64,000 nt of DNA, taken from the IMG/VR virus record IMGVR_UViG_3300027804_000001, positions 32,001 to 96,000 of that record. The stretch is one strand, 5' to 3'. Made by a program: the position numbers and the translations under genes. This document shows positions 27,091-36,634 of this stretch, piece by piece; within the stretch, counting starts at the first letter, position 1, and each line of letters starts with the position of its first letter. A model generated the notes under the pieces. The model was not told where the DNA came from, did not search any database, and saw nothing but the letters and a program-made list of their open reading frames with translations. This stretch comes from a virus (taxonomy: Duplodnaviria; Caudoviricetes).

Positions 27091-27120
27091 CAAAAATTTT
27101 GTTTTTAAATAAACTCTTCG

Positions 27121-27128
27121 TATATTTG
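27121..27128 (+). promoter_or_regulatory. -7 promoter of the large ncRNA
   Basis: TATATTTG followed by boxA-like GTTCTTTGAC at 27150-27159. Confidence 0.7.
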
Positions 27129-27134
27129 TAAAAC

Positions 27135-27970
27135 AATCGGAAACGATAAGTTCTTTGACTAAAAATATTGGCCGCCTATGGTCATTAAATAAACTGTGAA
27201 AGCAGTATAAAGTGAATCTGAATTAGTTATTCAGGTTTGCGGTTTCAGAAATGGAACTTGAGTAGGCAAGCGGGATATCATCGAACCTTAAGTACTGAGG
27301 GTGACACTTTAGGGAAAGTGGTTTGGTGACCAAGCGATACCGGTCGTTTGGTTGAGGTGGGAACACCAATAAGAATAACTCGTAGAATTATTGTAAAAAG
27401 TATGGTCTCCAACTATACAATTGCGTGATTCAATACAATGGGAATCTTAAAACCGAAAGGTATGGTGATGTACAGGTGGTGCTGTTATTATCCTTGATTT
27501 GAATCTACCAAGATTCTTATCTCGAAGGGGTCCAAAAGTATGGAGGTAGGGATATCTCAGAGGGTAGTTTAGTATCGTGTTGTTCAAAAGATGACATGTC
27601 TGGTGACGAGCCACTACCTTCCAAATCGGTAACTAAAATCATTTTGTTAATTTTGGTTTAACAAACTTAAATACAAAAGGAAAAGTGCTCGTCAGTCGTT
27701 AGAGACAGGTGACTACATAGTCGTGAGGGGTTCACGGCCACAAAGGGTCCCAAGCCCAATGTGAATTGTAAGAAAGTTCTCTAGTCCCGCAAGGATTAAT
27801 CGGGGTGGCAACCTCGAAGAGTAATGAGTAAGATGAGAGTATCTAATGACTTAAGGATTGGTTAATCTAATTGACCGTCACTGGTTGGTACAGTTCAAAA
27901 GACTGTGGATAAGAAAGGAAACAATAATCTTTCTAAAGTCAACTACTAAAACTTGTAATCTCAGAGTTTT
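27135..27970 (+). ncRNA. Large structured ncRNA, GOLLD-like
   Basis: About 830 nt without a credible ORF, GC-richer than flanks, many hairpins (ACC-GAAA-GGT, GGGGT-GGCAA-CCTC, CAGT-TCAAAAG-ACTG), ends ..TGTAATCTCAG..; size and tRNA-adjacent phage context fit GOLLD; family call from memory, not a model search. Confidence 0.65.
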
Positions 27971-28040
27971 GTTTTTTAGTTTTAATAAACTAAATGGTGG
28001 AAGAGACCTCACAAAAATATTAACCGTGCGGCCCCAAATC

Positions 28041-28068
28041 AAGTCAGAATATTTCTGACTTTTTTTTT
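28041..28068 (+). terminator. Intrinsic terminator downstream of the large ncRNA
   Basis: AAGTCAGAA-tat-TTCTGACTT plus T tract. Confidence 0.75.
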
Positions 28069-28100
28069 GCATATTAAAAAATATTTTTTATATTATTAAA

Positions 28101-28856
28101 ATGAGAATTGTTTGTATATCTGATACACATAGTCTCCATAAAAATATGGAGAAATATGGACCATTACCCGAAGGTGATGTATTAATACATGCGGGTGATT
28201 GTACAAACAAAGGAGAAAAACGTGATGTAGAAGAATTTGTTCATTGGTTTATGAACATAAAAGGATTTGATTCTAAAATTTTTATTGCCGGTAATCACGA
28301 TTTTGCATTTGAAGAACATAGATATCCACATCATAAAGGTGAATACGATTGGTTTCATCATTTAATGACACCTGAAAATTTATCACAATCAGATGTTGTG
28401 TATCTTGAAGATAGTGAGTTCATAATTGAATCACCTGAATTTAATAGACCAATAAAATTTTATGGATCGCCTTGGCAACCGGAGTTTTATAATTGGGCAT
28501 TTAATTTACCAAGACTTGGTGAAGATTTAAAAAGATATTGGTCAATGATTCCTGATGATACTGATGTATTAATTACCCACGGACCACCTAATGAAGCGAG
28601 GGATTTTGTAAATAATTGGAGACAAGGTAGTATTAATGTTGGGTGTGAATTATTACGTCATCGTGTAGATGAAATAAAACCTTTGTTACATGTGTTTGGT
28701 CACATTCACGGAGGTTATGGTGGTGCTTATATTAAAGACACTCTTTTTGTTAATGCATCAATTTGTACAGAACAATACATACCATCAAATAAACCCATTG
28801 TAATTGAATTAAAAGAATTCGATGGAAATATAGAAGCAATTTATGTCGAAGAATAA
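28101..28856 (+). CDS. Calcineurin-like metallophosphoesterase (MPPED/Rv0805-like)
   Basis: ISDTH, HAGD, AGNHD, THGPP, FGHIH. Confidence 0.9.
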   Translation: MRIVCISDTHSLHKNMEKYGPLPEGDVLIHAGDCTNKGEKRDVEEFVHWFMNIKGFDSKIFIAGNHDFAFEEHRYPHHKGEYDWFHHLMTPENLSQSDVVYLEDSEFIIESPEFNRPIKFYGSPWQPEFYNWAFNLPRLGEDLKRYWSMIPDDTDVLITHGPPNEARDFVNNWRQGSINVGCELLRHRVDEIKPLLHVFGHIHGGYGGAYIKDTLFVNASICTEQYIPSNKPIVIELKEFDGNIEAIYVEE

Positions 28857-29526
28857 TCAACCTGTAAGTGTTATAATACCAACACGTCAAATAGATGATG
28901 ACTATTTGAAACATGTGAGTAAGATGTTTTCACATCCTAAAACTGAAATAATTGTTTATGAAAATAATGGTGAAGAATCTTTACCACAAATTTATAATAA
29001 AGGTTTAGAAGAATCGACATACGATATTGTTGTTTTTATGCATGACGATTTAATTATTGAGACGACAAATATTACACCTAAAATTGTTAAATTATTTGAT
29101 AAAAATCTTGAGTATGGTATTTTAGGTTTAGCAGGAACAAATAATTTATTAAGTGGAATGTGGTGGCAAGATAGAACATCTATGTATGGTGTTGTTGGTC
29201 ATGAACATAATGGAAAAAGACATGTGAATTATTATTCAAAACAAATGTTCACTGAGACACCTAAAGAAGTGGTTGTTGTTGATGGATTATTTATGATGGT
29301 TCATAAAAAAAGAATCAAACATAAATTCAACGAACAGTTTGAAGGTTTTCATTTTTACGATTTACCAATATGTCTTGATAATCATTTGGATGGGGTTAAA
29401 ATTGGAGTTACAACTAGAATTAGAGTAACACACAAATCAATAGGAATGGTTAATAAAAAATGGGAGAAGAATAAACTTCTATTTGAGGCGTTATATGAAA
29501 AAAACTTTCCTTTGGTAATATCATAA
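28843..29526 (+). CDS. GT-A glycosyltransferase-like protein
   Basis: YNKG, VFMHDD, VVVDGLFM, FHFYDLPIC motifs. Confidence 0.75.
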   Translation: MSKNNQPVSVIIPTRQIDDDYLKHVSKMFSHPKTEIIVYENNGEESLPQIYNKGLEESTYDIVVFMHDDLIIETTNITPKIVKLFDKNLEYGILGLAGTNNLLSGMWWQDRTSMYGVVGHEHNGKRHVNYYSKQMFTETPKEVVVVDGLFMMVHKKRIKHKFNEQFEGFHFYDLPICLDNHLDGVKIGVTTRIRVTHKSIGMVNKKWEKNKLLFEALYEKNFPLVIS

Positions 29527-29561
29527 AATATTTATATCTTTACATTAGTTCTTTAAAATAT

Positions 29562-29955
29562 GGGGGTGTCTGGTATTGATTGGCGTTAATATGATAGGTG
29601 GGCACGTAGTCGGATGTCATCTACGACTTTAATCAACGGTGGTAAAATTCAAACGGCAACGTTTACAACAAAATGGAAGCTTGCGGATTAATTGCAACTT
29701 CTAACGTAGCAGTAGCCTAAGGCGAGACTACATTCGGGTCGGTTAGGACATTAACCTAGGAACAGAAGTCCAATATACGGGTCACAGGTCAGAGCTCGTT
29801 TAAAATAATTCTGAGACCAGGTTGTTTATAGGTTGGTTTCCCACATACATCAAACCTAATATTTCGGAACATTGAGAAACAATGTTGTAATAAACGTGTA
29901 GTCCATTTATGGTATTGCGAGCAAGACACGGGTTCGACTCCCGTCACCTCCACCA
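29562..29955 (+). ncRNA. ssrA: tmRNA
   Basis: Ala acceptor GGGGGTG/CACCTCC-ACCA with G3:U70, T-arm GGTTCGACTCC; tag ORF 29655-29720 GNVYNKMEACGLIATSNVAVA*. Confidence 0.93.
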
Positions 29956-29959
29956 AAAG

Positions 29960-29987
29960 TAAAACCCCTCTATTGAGGGGTTTTTTA
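29960..29987 (+). terminator. tmRNA terminator
   Basis: AAAACCCCTC-tatt-GAGGGGTTTT plus T tract. Confidence 0.8.
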
Positions 29988-30045
29988 TATGTTTATAAAT
30001 ATAAATCGATGTTTCACGTGAAATTATATGTATTAAAATATAATA

Positions 30046-30534
30046 TTAATCCTTAGATTTATTAATATTTGGGTCAGACATATTCTGAATATATGCATCC
30101 ACTAATCTACTAACAGCCTCAGGTTTTTCGTCAGCTTTGAATTTTACTTTAATTTTAGCCATTCCTGACCTATCAGTATTTTTCCCTGAATCAACTTCAA
30201 TACCCTTAATATTATGTTTGTATCCCCTTTTTTTAAATAAACCTAATAATGATTTTTTGAGATCTGAAACGCTAGATTGATCCTCTCCAAATATTAGTCT
30301 GGCTTCAAACTCTATCTCTAATTCATCTAACCCAATAGAAGAGTGATCTGCTAGAATATAAAGAGGTACATCTAAATCCTTACCCCCAATTGTGAAGGTT
30401 TGTATTATAGGTGTACCGTCTTCATTAAAATAGTTTCTGATAGCATTAATATGCTGTCTTTCACTTATACCTTGAGAAACCATCGCAGCCTCTAAGAGAC
30501 CCCCAACCAATTCTTCTATATTTAATCTTGCCAT
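30046..30534 (-). CDS. DUF2589-family protein
   Basis: IEELVGGLLEAA..., DVPLYILADHSSIGLDELEIEFE. Confidence 0.65.
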   Translation of the reverse strand: MARLNIEELVGGLLEAAMVSQGISERQHINAIRNYFNEDGTPIIQTFTIGGKDLDVPLYILADHSSIGLDELEIEFEARLIFGEDQSSVSDLKKSLLGLFKKRGYKHNIKGIEVDSGKNTDRSGMAKIKVKFKADEKPEAVSRLVDAYIQNMSDPNINKSKD

Positions 30535-30584
30535 AAAACTAATTTATATTATAATATAACATAAATTATTGACAAAATCAATTA

Positions 30585-31184
30585 TTATTTACTTGGGTCT
30601 GCTGTAAGTGGAATTAAAGATGGTTCTAACATTTGAGTTAGATAATCTGATAATTTCAACATACCTTCAGTCGGTGGTAATTGTTCAGCATGTACTTTTA
30701 CTTCATATTTTGCTGAATTATCTGTACTTCTTGTGTTTTCCTTATGTGTTGCAACTTTACCAGCAACTGTCGCTGAGAATTTCATACCCCACCAACTTGC
30801 AGATGCTGAAGCCGAATAAGATGTTTCACTATCTGAACTTTCTTTTGATGTTTCAGACGTTTTAACTTCCATAGTAAAGTTGATGTCCGCAGAAGTTATT
30901 GCTAATGAAGGAAGCGGGACTAATGGTAACATAGGAACCTTATTATACAATTTCTGTATAGTTTGTTCACCTGTCGCACCGTCGGTAACTACTCTGTTCA
31001 TTTCAACATCCAAAGAACGAGCAACATTCTTTTTAGTTTTCTCATCTTGTTCAAAAGCCACTTCGGAGATGTATCTCCAAGTTACCTCATTTAATTTTGC
31101 TTGACCCTTAGCCATCCCGACTATAGGTGAAACAATTAGATCCTCAATTGGAAGACCCGCAAATTGATCTGCAATACCCGCCAT
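30585..31184 (-). CDS. DUF2589-family protein
   Basis: FAGLPIEDLIVSPI, VPMLPLVPLPSLAI..INFTMEV, RSTDNSAKYEVKVHA. Confidence 0.75.
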   Translation of the reverse strand: MAGIADQFAGLPIEDLIVSPIVGMAKGQAKLNEVTWRYISEVAFEQDEKTKKNVARSLDVEMNRVVTDGATGEQTIQKLYNKVPMLPLVPLPSLAITSADINFTMEVKTSETSKESSDSETSYSASASASWWGMKFSATVAGKVATHKENTRSTDNSAKYEVKVHAEQLPPTEGMLKLSDYLTQMLEPSLIPLTADPSK

Positions 31185-31244
31185 AATTTTTTATTTAATT
31201 TTTGGTTTATTAACTATAAATATCTCACATTTAATTAAAAGGAT

Positions 31245-31448
31245 TTAACCAAATTTAACCATTCCCTTGTACTGGTTTTTTATTTTTTTAATTTCATTCA
31301 TTGCCTCATTATATGATTTTTTAATGTCTTCATTAACCGTAAAATCGAGTATTGTTTTACAGTTGGGACAGGCAGATATGGGATGTTTTATAATAAACTC
31401 TAAGGTTAAACCCAATGGGGTTTTACACATGGGACAAGGTAACGACAT
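31245..31448 (-). CDS. Small Zn-ribbon protein
   Basis: Start refined to MSLPCPMC; CPMC...CPNC. Confidence 0.7.
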   Translation of the reverse strand: MSLPCPMCKTPLGLTLEFIIKHPISACPNCKTILDFTVNEDIKKSYNEAMNEIKKIKNQYKGMVKFG

Positions 31449-31464
31449 ATTAAAATATAAATAA

Positions 31465-31580
31465 AAAGAGTAACAATGTAAACGAACAAAGAGGTCTTTA
31501 GGACCCCTTTGCCGAGATAAAATACCTCCCTTTCGTTTAATCATGTTATCACCTAACGGCGACCAAACCAATTAGGTTCT
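31465..31580 (-). ncRNA. Candidate structured small RNA
   Basis: TATTTATA promoter at 31583-31590; nested stems; G:U wobble favours the minus strand; U-rich end. Confidence 0.5.
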
Positions 31581-31594
31581 AATATAAATATCTC

Positions 31595-32548
31595 TTAAGT
31601 ATATAAACGTGCTAAAGTTTTTAACCAAGCCAAATTCATAAGAGCACTTCCCGCATCGGCAATACCCGATGAATCATTACCATTTAACGAATTTAATTCT
31701 TCTTGTGATACAACACCACCTTGATTTATCATTTGACTAAATCTCGGGTCATTTGCTAATTGTTCTCTAAATTGAGAATCGGTTTGAAGTTTCTCTTGAA
31801 AAGATTCAAAATTTGGTAAACCAAAAATATCCAATATTCCATTAGCAATTATAAATTGTTTTATTAAGTTCCTTCTGTCTTTTCTACCAGTTCTAACAAT
31901 ATACCACCAATTTTTTATCCAGTTACTTGGTTTCTGTCCATTTTTTACAATGTATTTTGCAAGTCTTTCTTCTCTAAAAAAGTTTTTTATACCCATTGCA
32001 ACAGGACCCCCTCCTGTTAACATTTTTAATGTACTTGGAGCACCTTGTGCTGCAATTTCTTTACCCACCCTTTGACCGATTCTGGCTGGTTTCAATTTAG
32101 ACACTGTTGATTTTAATGAGTTAACAGCATCTAACATTTTTTGACCCCAACTAGAATTAACTTTATTTAAATTTTTAACTGTTCCTGTTACACCTGGATG
32201 ATCAAAATATTTTGACATTTTAATAAATTGTTCTTTAGCCGCGGGATTAGACATTAAATATTTTGCCATGTCATCACTACTACTTAATGCCGCTTTACCA
32301 ACAGGACCAGCAGATTTTAAAAACCTAATAAACGGTTTGGCAATAATATCACCAACAGTTGGTATTAATGCAATTAACATTAAACCCGCATAAATATATT
32401 CTTTTCTATAAAGATATAGACCAATTAATGCGATATCGGCAATTTCACCTATAACAGGTATAAAACCTGCAACCATTAATCCCGTTTCCCAACCATCTTC
32501 TTTAAGTAATTCTCTATTTTCTAATATTTGTTTTTTTGTTATTTCCAT
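31595..32548 (-). CDS. Hypothetical protein with pre-toxin-TG-like motif (possible virion/ejected protein)
   Basis: AGFIPVIGEIADIA ... LIPTVGD motif. Confidence 0.6.
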   Translation of the reverse strand: MEITKKQILENRELLKEDGWETGLMVAGFIPVIGEIADIALIGLYLYRKEYIYAGLMLIALIPTVGDIIAKPFIRFLKSAGPVGKAALSSSDDMAKYLMSNPAAKEQFIKMSKYFDHPGVTGTVKNLNKVNSSWGQKMLDAVNSLKSTVSKLKPARIGQRVGKEIAAQGAPSTLKMLTGGGPVAMGIKNFFREERLAKYIVKNGQKPSNWIKNWWYIVRTGRKDRRNLIKQFIIANGILDIFGLPNFESFQEKLQTDSQFREQLANDPRFSQMINQGGVVSQEELNSLNGNDSSGIADAGSALMNLAWLKTLARLYT

Positions 32549-32550
32549 TT

Positions 32551-33147
32551 TTAATGAATTGCTTTACAGAATTTATCCGCCAAAACTTCCGAAAGATTGG
32601 TTTCTTTTACAACTTCACCCATTAAGTTACCTAAGTAAACTCCTCCCATTTGTGCAACACCAATTGAGTAGTCATTTGGATTTGCACCCATATCTCCTCC
32701 TAATACTCGTCTTAACATCATTGTAACTAATCTATCTGATAAATCGGGAAATTTAGCAACACACTCTTGTTCGTTTTTGAATATTTTTAATAAATCAAGA
32801 GGATTCCAGTCTGCAAATAATTGTGCAATTATAGTCGAACTAGTTGGTCCCCATCCGAAAATTTTATTCGCAATAAAACGAAATATGTATTCTTTCGCAG
32901 ATATCATGAGTGAGTCAGTCAATCCTTTTTTTACCGCATCCACATTTATTGAATTTTTAATTGAGTCGGGAACATCAATTTCATCTAAATCATATCCTTC
33001 ATTAACCAAGTTTGTGGTAATTTCAAGATATCTTTCGATTAAATAATTCTCATCTCTAATATCATCTAATTCAATATATGCCTCATCCAAACGTTTTTTT
33101 CGTTCTTCAGTAAGGACATTTGATATTATGTTTTTTATTTCACTCAT
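32551..33147 (-). CDS. Hypothetical protein
   Basis: 198 aa, helical. Confidence 0.75.
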   Translation of the reverse strand: MSEIKNIISNVLTEERKKRLDEAYIELDDIRDENYLIERYLEITTNLVNEGYDLDEIDVPDSIKNSINVDAVKKGLTDSLMISAKEYIFRFIANKIFGWGPTSSTIIAQLFADWNPLDLLKIFKNEQECVAKFPDLSDRLVTMMLRRVLGGDMGANPNDYSIGVAQMGGVYLGNLMGEVVKETNLSEVLADKFCKAIH

Positions 33148-33153
33148 ATTAAT

Positions 33154-34887
33154 TTATTGTTTTTGCCAAACATATTTTACACCGTAGTCTTTATCTTTTT
33201 GTTTAATTCTTACATAACCCATTTCAGATAATGCAGTATCTAATCTACCCAATTGTGTATCATCTAAATCTGGACCCTTATATTTGATTCTATTATTATC
33301 ATCTTCCCCAACAATATTACCATTATCTTTCAACGCATTATAAAATTTCGCCGGCGACACCTCTAATGGTTTAATATCAGGTAGTTTTAAGTTACTAAGA
33401 TCAATAGGTTTTAATTTAATATCTCTTGGTGCTAATGGTTCTAATTTAATTTGTTCTCTTTTTTTAACTACTTCTTCATCCGCACCATTACAAACAGAAT
33501 CAATAATTGATTGTGTTAAACCATTGCTCGTATCAATACCTTTATCTTCTAAAGCTTTTTTAGTTATTGGTCCAAAATTACCAGTTTGATATTTTTCAGG
33601 TAAACCTAAACATACCTGTACTTCTTTAACTTGTTTTGAACGACAACCAAATTCATGTGGTAATTCTTTATTTGAACAATCATGAAAATTTGATTTTGGT
33701 GGTTTAGGTGGAGGAGGTGTTTCACCATCCTTTTTATCCCAAGTAATAGTGATATTAGATGATTGTTCATTTAATTCATTTTCAGACAATGGTTTAGTTT
33801 CAACACCACCACCAGCTTTACATGCGTATGTACCACTCATTGCATTATCCATTGTCCAAACTCTCATGTTTGGATAAAATTTCAAACCTCCATGACCTTT
33901 AGATGCCTCATCGAATTCATTTTTACTGAAAATCATTGCGTCACCACCACTTGTTGCTCCCCATTCAAGTCCTTCCATATTTACAACACAATCAGGCATT
34001 ACTGCACTTTTTTCTGCATCACTTCCACTAAATAAATTTTTAAGTACTTCATAAGCACCATATCCTGCCAAACCATATAATACTAAGTTTTTAAGATTAA
34101 GTTTTGATTTAATTCCCTTCAATCTTTCAAAAGCAGTTGTACTATATTTTTTTAGATATTCACCACCTTTTCTAAATTTATCCGCAATACTAGGTCCCAA
34201 CTTTTTAGCATCTTCAGCAGCAGTTTTTACCACATTTGCAGCAGCTTCTGTACCTGTCTTTGCACCTGTTTCAAGTGCCTTAACTTCAGGTGCAACACCT
34301 TTTAATTCTTTCGCTCTTCTAGCCAACGCTTGGTCAACTGCTTTCGTTGCAACACCACCAGACGCGCTTGCTTGTGCTGCTTGTCTTATCATCTCTTCGG
34401 CTTCCTTACCTTCAATACCCATTTGTGAAAGTGTTTTCTTAGCGATTTCCATTTTTCTTGGGTCTGCAGGATTAAGTGTTCCCTTAGGAAAAACTAGTTT
34501 TGACATATCAATGAAACCTTGTTCAGTCTTTACAAAGCCTTTAATTTTTTGTAATAACTCAGGAGAATTTTTGGCAACTGATTTTACCAAACCAGCAGCT
34601 TCTACATTAGTTAATTTATTATCCTTTACCGCTAAAGCAAAATCTTCTAAACTTTTAAACTTATTACCAATTGCAGGTACATCTGTTTTTATTGTCTGCC
34701 AAAGGGCCTTTTCTTCTTGAGCAGCTTTAAGAATAACTTTAAGTGGTTCTTGAAATGTTTTCAATTGTTCATCCACTGATTGTTCAATTTCAGACAATTC
34801 ATTAACATCTATCGATTCTTCATTTTTTTCAATAGATTCGGTTAGTGTTATAAATTTTCTTATTAATTTCGCGTCCTTGTTTTCCAT
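33154..34887 (-). CDS. Large hypothetical protein with central TM and PG-binding-like segment
   Basis: VKEVQVCLGL...GNFGPITKKAL resembles PG_binding_1. Confidence 0.6.
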   Translation of the reverse strand: MENKDAKLIRKFITLTESIEKNEESIDVNELSEIEQSVDEQLKTFQEPLKVILKAAQEEKALWQTIKTDVPAIGNKFKSLEDFALAVKDNKLTNVEAAGLVKSVAKNSPELLQKIKGFVKTEQGFIDMSKLVFPKGTLNPADPRKMEIAKKTLSQMGIEGKEAEEMIRQAAQASASGGVATKAVDQALARRAKELKGVAPEVKALETGAKTGTEAAANVVKTAAEDAKKLGPSIADKFRKGGEYLKKYSTTAFERLKGIKSKLNLKNLVLYGLAGYGAYEVLKNLFSGSDAEKSAVMPDCVVNMEGLEWGATSGGDAMIFSKNEFDEASKGHGGLKFYPNMRVWTMDNAMSGTYACKAGGGVETKPLSENELNEQSSNITITWDKKDGETPPPPKPPKSNFHDCSNKELPHEFGCRSKQVKEVQVCLGLPEKYQTGNFGPITKKALEDKGIDTSNGLTQSIIDSVCNGADEEVVKKREQIKLEPLAPRDIKLKPIDLSNLKLPDIKPLEVSPAKFYNALKDNGNIVGEDDNNRIKYKGPDLDDTQLGRLDTALSEMGYVRIKQKDKDYGVKYVWQKQ

Positions 34888-34902
34888 TTTATTTTTTTTA
34901 TA

Positions 34903-36267
34903 TTATTGGTTATCTAATGAATTCATTTGTGCCATCGCATCATCAAACGACGATTTAACAGTTTGCTTTATTGAATTATCGTCTAGAGTATTTGCCAAAT
35001 CAGCTTTTAGTTTTTCCATTTTTTGTGTTTGATATTCCGTATATTTTTCGGCACCCTTTTCTATTGCCTTAACACCACCATGTAATGCTAACCCACCAAC
35101 GACACCTTTTTTAGCTGCCGTTTTTAATAATGCAGGATTTCTAGAAGCCGCTAATCCTGGTTTTACAAAATCTTGTGAAATTCCTTTAGCAATTGTTTTA
35201 CGTAAACCTGGTTGTGAAGCCTTTGTCGCATTATCTAAAGTTTCAAAGATATTATTTATTTTACCTTTAGCGGTTTTAATCATTTCATTTACTTTAGGGC
35301 CACCGATTGTTTTTGCTAACCATTCAATTGGTTTAACAATTAAATTCATTATAAAACCTACACCTTTAGATAACAATGTAATTAACGGTTTAAGTAATGG
35401 ACTTGATAAAAGTTTTCTAACGTCTCTACCCGCAGCTTTCATTGCACTTTTAATTCCACTTGCTGCTCCACCCGTAAAAGCTAAACCAACTAAACACAAA
35501 CCAATATCTATGTATGAAAATAATTCATTAGGGATTTGTCCACTAACTAATTGATATATTTTCCATATACCCAATGCACCCCATAATATTGCTCCCGCTA
35601 TTTTACCCACACCGATAGTTGAAAGTGCAATATCAACACCAATTGCAACAGGGTTGAGTAAAATCTGTTCTAATTTCGTAAAAAACCAAGGAAGACCTTT
35701 ATTTAAAATCCATTGTCCTGCTTCTTTAACTTTATCAACAACCCAATCTACCGCACCACCAACAGCACCCTTCGCAGCATCTACTGCACCACTAACAGCA
35801 CCCTTCGCAGCATCTACTGCACCACTAACAGCTCCTTTCGCTGCGTTCCAAGTATTAGAAACACCAGTTTTTATGTCATCCCACCAATCTTCTAAAATTA
35901 ATGGAGACTCAATTAATACTTTTGTTTTTACAAAATCCCAAGATTCTTCTATTAAACGTAGTGTACCGAAGTTAAATTTTTCAGGAGATTCGTATATTAA
36001 ATTCATACCATATCTCACTTCATATTCTAAAACTACATCTCTATTATGTTCAATTAAGGGATAAATTAACTGTTTCATCTTGGAAAATAATTCCGAAGAT
36101 TCCATCAATTTCATTTTGTAACTATAGGAGAATTGATGTTTAAACATCTCACAAACCATTGCAGGATGAAGACTGTTTTGACTAAATCTAAATCCTGTTT
36201 GAGTATCAATAATTTTATCTTCGTATTGGATGTATCTATTATCGATACTAATTTTTATGAATTCCAT
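34903..36267 (-). CDS. Hypothetical helical membrane-associated protein with 11-aa repeats
   Basis: (AAKGAVSGAVD)x3; several Gly-rich hydrophobic helices. Confidence 0.75.
   Translation of the reverse strand: MEFIKISIDNRYIQYEDKIIDTQTGFRFSQNSLHPAMVCEMFKHQFSYSYKMKLMESSELFSKMKQLIYPLIEHNRDVVLEYEVRYGMNLIYESPEKFNFGTLRLIEESWDFVKTKVLIESPLILEDWWDDIKTGVSNTWNAAKGAVSGAVDAAKGAVSGAVDAAKGAVGGAVDWVVDKVKEAGQWILNKGLPWFFTKLEQILLNPVAIGVDIALSTIGVGKIAGAILWGALGIWKIYQLVSGQIPNELFSYIDIGLCLVGLAFTGGAASGIKSAMKAAGRDVRKLLSSPLLKPLITLLSKGVGFIMNLIVKPIEWLAKTIGGPKVNEMIKTAKGKINNIFETLDNATKASQPGLRKTIAKGISQDFVKPGLAASRNPALLKTAAKKGVVGGLALHGGVKAIEKGAEKYTEYQTQKMEKLKADLANTLDDNSIKQTVKSSFDDAMAQMNSLDNQ
35749..35847 (-). repeat. 33-bp tandem repeat x3 within CDS
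   Basis: ACAGCACCCTTCGCAGCATCTACTGCACCACTA units on the + strand. Confidence 0.8.
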
Positions 36268-36281
36268 GTTATATAAATACT

Positions 36282-36548
36282 TTATTTAAGTTGATTTGCT
36301 TTACCTCTTTTAAGAACCGAACCAACAATATCTGACCATTTTGTTACACTTACCTGATTTGCGGGTCCTCTCGTCACTCCACTTTCCCATTTTCCAACTT
36401 GGGGATAACCTTGACCACCACCTTGTTGTGGTGAGGTTCCTGCTGTAGGTTCGGGATTTGGTGTCTCCCCTTGCTCCGTAACTTCTTGATTTTCATTGAT
36501 TTTTTTAATCAATGAATCGTATTGTTTTTCGGTTAGGCTTATTTTCAT
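36282..36548 (-). CDS. Hypothetical protein with N-terminal LTExQ motif
   Basis: MKISLTEKQYDSLIKKINE; TATTTATA upstream. Confidence 0.75.
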   Translation of the reverse strand: MKISLTEKQYDSLIKKINENQEVTEQGETPNPEPTAGTSPQQGGGQGYPQVGKWESGVTRGPANQVSVTKWSDIVGSVLKRGKANQLK

Positions 36549-36634
36549 AATATATAAATATCAAAAAAAAGTTTTGAAATTAGTTGTGATATCCAAAAAA
36601 ATACGTATTTTTGTCTTCAATTTAAAGCAAAGAC

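Noticed and set aside
27858-28072. Two short ORFs at the 3' end of the large ncRNA
   Set aside because: No initiation context, overlap hairpins and terminator, mutually antisense.
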